A DNA stretch of 64,000 nucleotides from positions 26,846,001 to 26,910,000 of the forward strand of contig OZ287751.1 of the NCBI GenBank assembly GCA_965649765.1, in the 5' to 3' direction. The notes below the pieces were generated by a model. That model saw only the letters and a list, made by a program, of their open reading frames with translations, did no database searches and had not been told where the DNA came from. The stretch is from Bispira polyomma (taxonomy: Eukaryota). Below, one piece after another: positions 61,333-64,000 of the stretch; the first letter of the stretch is position 1, and every line of letters starts with the position of its first letter. Position numbers and translations under genes: made by a program.

Positions 61333-62112
61333 ATCATACAAGAGTCAAGCAGAAAGTCACAAATTAAAATCCTTGATGATACACTATTATTACACTACAA
61401 TATTATTGCCCTGCTCAAAATTGTCACAACCAGGTTACGAAGTCAGGCGAAGTCATAGCATCATATTAGATAAATCATATCCTTAACACCACTAGATAAC
61501 CCTATAATGCAACTATAGGGTAGCCACTATGATACAGTGGTATTGGGGTGTAATTTGGTATAATTGTGGAGTATTTGACAGTAAACCTAGGGCTGTTGTG
61601 ATGAAACACTGGTATTTGTTTGTAATCATACAGTAATTTGTATCGGTTTACACGAACACTAAGAATGTCCTTAACACTTCATTTATTAAAACCCCACGAA
61701 ACTGCGGAAGGTAGAATTGAATCATTGGTGCTTCCTGTTAAGTTTGACCTGGGCTTAACATTGTAACGGTGCTCTGTAAACTTAGGTTATACAGGCAAGT
61801 CAGTAAAAATAAGCAGCATTTTTAACACATTTGTGTAATTGTGAAAAGGTTGAACCCAGAGGGGGGAAAAGGGGAGCAACATGGTGGGAAACCTCTTTGG
61901 GCGTAATGTGTGGGTACAAATTTGGTAACTGATTGTACATTCGACAAGTTGGAGTAGAAGGCCCAGGCCTGGTAAATAGAAGTCTGCCACACCGAATGGC
62001 TGAGTTACTAGTATATTTAGCTCTCCAACAGATTAACCTAATTTTTGAGAAAAGTTCACTTTTGGCACATAACTCAGGTTCACCCAATTTTCTAATTCAC
62101 ATGAACCCTTTA

Positions 62113-62671
62113 AGTCCTGGTCCCACCGGCCGTCACGTTTGCTGTTGTTAGAAAATTAATTTGCGTAAGTTTTGCGTGGTATTTGCGGGAGCTGACATAC
62201 AATACCTAAGCATGCATACCTGGCGTGAGAGATGACACGCAAGAAGTTGATAATTTCAAACCGTTTGAAATTTGGACAGCAAACCATGTAAGATTGATAC
62301 ATGGTGTAACATAATATTTGCGAGAGCTTTGCAAGAAGTGACGTAGTATAAGGGCAATATGCGCCATAATGTGTCAGTGACGTGATTTAACATAATGTAC
62401 TTAAACGTAAACAATGACGAATTTCAATGTGTATTGGCGTACTCATACATATGATACGGGGATTAAAATATGTCCTTTGCCAAGAACTAATGCATCCCCT
62501 GCTAGACTTAACAGCTTTGGACGTACTAATACATGAATTTTAACGTCTGTTGACCCCTTCAACGTGGGGAAAATCACTAATTTCGCTTTTTGCATGACGT
62601 TTTGCATCAAATATTTTACAAGGCCATGCGTGACTTACATATTCTAACGTAAATCCGGTGGGACCGGCCCA
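62113..62671. mobile_element. Harbinger-like MITE; partial second copy from ~60155
   Basis: TIR core GGTCCCACCGG / CCGGTGGGACC with TAA/TTA nearby. The left end recurs as GGTCCCATCGGCCATCACGTT at 60160. Confidence 0.65.
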
Positions 62672-63520
62672 TTAACCAACAATTTTTAAACCCTTTTACT
62701 GCTACTTTAATGTAGAATGAAGCCTTAGAACTGGATGAGTACGTCACTTTACTTACACACACGCAAAACAAATACCAAGCTGAATACAAAGCTATCTGTT
62801 AAGACAACCATATGCCGTAAAAAGAGTCTCATTAAATCACCCAGTTGACTATAATACCCCAATGTAGTAAATGCAGCCACACACTCAGCCACACATACCC
62901 TCACCTATAACAGGCTCTTCAGTTGAGGTCTAATGGTTCTGACAACATAATGGAAAGCTAGGTGTCATTTATTGGGGAGCAGGTCCTTCATTTGAGCTGA
63001 CCATCATAATCTGAAGTAGGTAGACTAGGAACATATATTGCACATGACAACAAAGCTGGTTAAGTTCATTGGTTGGATCCAGTGCTTAAATTTACATAAA
63101 AATACCTTTTGCAGAAAGCAGGTACACTTCAACATATACATCAAATACCAAAAGTGCTGTTGATAGAATTCAGTATTTTCTTGCAAATTACATTTTAGGC
63201 TTAAACATGGAATACAGTTATTGAAAAACAGAAACCCCCAAAATACAGTCACAAAAAAAAAGCATTCTGTGGCCCCTCTTTTTCCTTATTCAGTCAGATG
63301 CCTATTCTGCCTCATGGTGTGTTTGCATCGAATGTATGGTACTAATATTTGTACTTTGCATTTTTGAAGCGACTTATTGATGCCAAGCATCTTCTAAACC
63401 CCAACCAAAGAATGAAAGAACCAATCGAAAAGTAAAAAAAACACCATAGCATTTCAAAGTTACTGTAACATGTATGCCAAGCCTAGTCCCCCCATCCCCC
63501 ACCCCCACCCCCCTTTAATA

Positions 63521-63715
63521 TCCCATGGTCTAGTGATAAGGGAGTTGGCCTGATGATCAGAAGGTCCCTACTTCGACTCCTAGTTGGGCAAGTTGGTCTG
63601 GTGATTGACAGGTCCCCGGTTCGACTCCCGCTAATGCCGCTAGGTTAATTGGAGATAACATCCTTGGGCAAGTTGTGAACACACCATTGATGCCTACAGA
63701 TGATGACTGAAGCTA
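63521..63715 (+). mobile_element. tRNA-derived SINE with duplicated head (family B)
   Basis: A-box-like TGGTCTAGTG, two B boxes (CTTCGACTCC and GGTTCGACTCC), then the TCCTTGGGCAAG core motif. Confidence 0.65.
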
Positions 63716-64000
63716 TGTCATAAGACTATCGGAGAGCTAGCACCAAATCAGCTTAAAATGAGTTTTGACAAATAACTGATACAAATGGTCAGAATGAGAT
63801 TGTATATTGGGTCATTTTCAAGCTTTTCGTATTCAAACTTAGTTTACTGTGTATAGCAACCGGCTTTGAACTATTGTCTGCAGAATTTGGATAGCGTTCA
63901 CATCATCAGATTAACTGTTAAATATCTAAATGTTATTTTCCACATAAAAAGCTTTTACATTATATTTTGTTTTCATAAAATTTCCCCTGACATACAGACA

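Overview
AT-rich, repeat-dense animal genomic DNA, probably lophotrochozoan (mollusc/annelid-like), judged from the SINE bodies and the neuropeptide type. No prokaryotic features, CRISPR arrays or rRNA were seen. The only host gene I can support is an uninterrupted ORF at 39164-40867 (+). It encodes a secreted multi-copy neuropeptide precursor (567 aa) with a signal peptide, 20 FVL-G-K(K/R) units, about 5-6 variant amidated peptides and a separate group of non-amidated peptides. I cannot assign it confidently to a named family; the closest I recall is annelid FVMamide. Everything else identifiable is mobile DNA. (i) A full-length, almost intact I-clade/Nimb-like LINE (23863-29656, -) with a 12-bp TSD, a single nonsense codon and a pseudoknot-capable 5' end. 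(ii) A near-full-length L2-type LINE (~19420-23221) with a degenerate 2A-like motif ahead of its endonuclease. (iii) Many L2 remnants. (iv) PIF/Harbinger transposase and MADF remnants plus several MITEs. (v) tRNA-derived SINEs. (vi) A ~2.9-kb inverted repeat (53357-56224). There is also an unexplained structured GC-rich island behind a TATA box at ~10.8-11.0 kb. All family assignments come from motif recognition by eye; no database searches were run.
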